DNA of 64,000 nucleotides, from the NCBI RefSeq assembly GCF_009914755.1, contig NC_060943.1, one strand, 5' to 3'. Source of the stretch: the human T2T-CHM13v2.0 reference genome, Homo sapiens. The notes under the pieces were generated by a model that was not told the DNA's origin, did not search any database, and worked only from the letters and a program-made list of their open reading frames with translations. This document shows, piece after piece, positions 63,210-64,000 of the stretch; position 1 is the first letter of the stretch; every line of letters begins with the position of its first letter. The position numbers were made by a program, and so were the translations under genes.

Positions 63210-63267
63210 TTACCACCCTCGGGCTCCAGGTGTGGGACAGTGCAGAGGGGGACAGTGAGAAGCCCAG

Positions 63268-63286
63268 AGACTGAAGGGGGCGCTGA
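63268..63286 (+). promoter_or_regulatory. Putative CTCF site
   Basis: agactgaagggggcgctga matches the 3' part of the CTCF core (AGGGGGCGCTG); 5' part imperfect. Confidence 0.35.
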
Positions 63287-64000
63287 CTCCGCAGGTCACT
63301 CTTAGACCTTAAAGAGTATCTTCTCCCACCCTAGGGAAGGAACATAGGTGAGGGAAGCAGCGAGCTCTGCTCTCTCTAGCCTGGTAAAGGTGTGAGATGT
63401 GAGCTTCTGGAATGCTGGGCAGGAGGAACTGGAGTGAATGATTTGCAGTCATGTTTGCCAGTTGCAGAACCAGGAAAAATGATCCTTTCTTTCCTCGAGT
63501 GCTATCAAGTGAACTGCACCAGCTCCATTAGCGCTGGAAGCATCCATATGAAATTATGGGGCTTATGATGGCTTTGTCTGGGAAACTGTTCATTTCTGAT
63601 CGGAAGTTCTATTACACATGAATTTAATTCTAAACAGTGTTACCAACAGCCCCAAATGATTTACATTTTAAGCAATCTTCTTTCATTATCTCATACCTTG
63701 ACGGGGAGCAAAAGATGGATTTTTATGGGCTTCTATGATGAGAAATGATTAATGCCCCTAAATGGGTGCCTGTCTCTATTCCAGCCATTCTGACAAGGGG
63801 TCCCTTTCCTCAATTCTGCTTCAGTGGGCATATTTGAAAGCTGAGATCAAAGAAACGGCATGGAGAAAGAACATTACAAACTTTTCTTAAGTTGGATCTA
63901 AATAAGGTAAACATTTCCAGTGAGGGCATTGAACACCATTTGGTACCTAACATTGTCTTTCATCCAGAAAGAGAGAGGAAAGAGGGAGAAGGAGAAAGTT

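Overview
Primate (almost certainly human-like) non-coding genomic DNA, roughly half interspersed repeats. It holds more than 35 Alu/FLAM copies (J, S and Y types), a near full-length decayed L1MC (8.2-14.0 kb), a full-length Tigger1 carrying three Alus, solo LTRs (MLT1, MST x2, MER41A x2, LTR9-type), L2/MIR remnants, a 5S rRNA pseudogene fused to an Alu monomer, a 37-bp minisatellite and a CpG island (22.5-23.5 kb). I recognise no known protein-coding gene and cannot name the locus. Most listed ORFs are Alu, L1 or low-complexity artefacts. Three things stand out. (1) A chain of four splice-site-bounded, phase-compatible segments on the + strand (1719-1758, 4979-5032, 6350-6592, 7090-7199) splices to an uninterrupted 146-aa ORF that the ORF track cannot show. 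(2) There are at least five short (60-250 bp) non-tandem direct duplications, each copied 0.5-2.3 kb away, including a duplicated homeodomain-motif-rich enhancer-like module at 20.3/20.9 kb. (3) Repeat-free, motif-dense blocks suggest a developmental regulatory landscape. Repeat subfamily names come from recalled consensus sequences, and boundaries are approximate unless a TSD is quoted.
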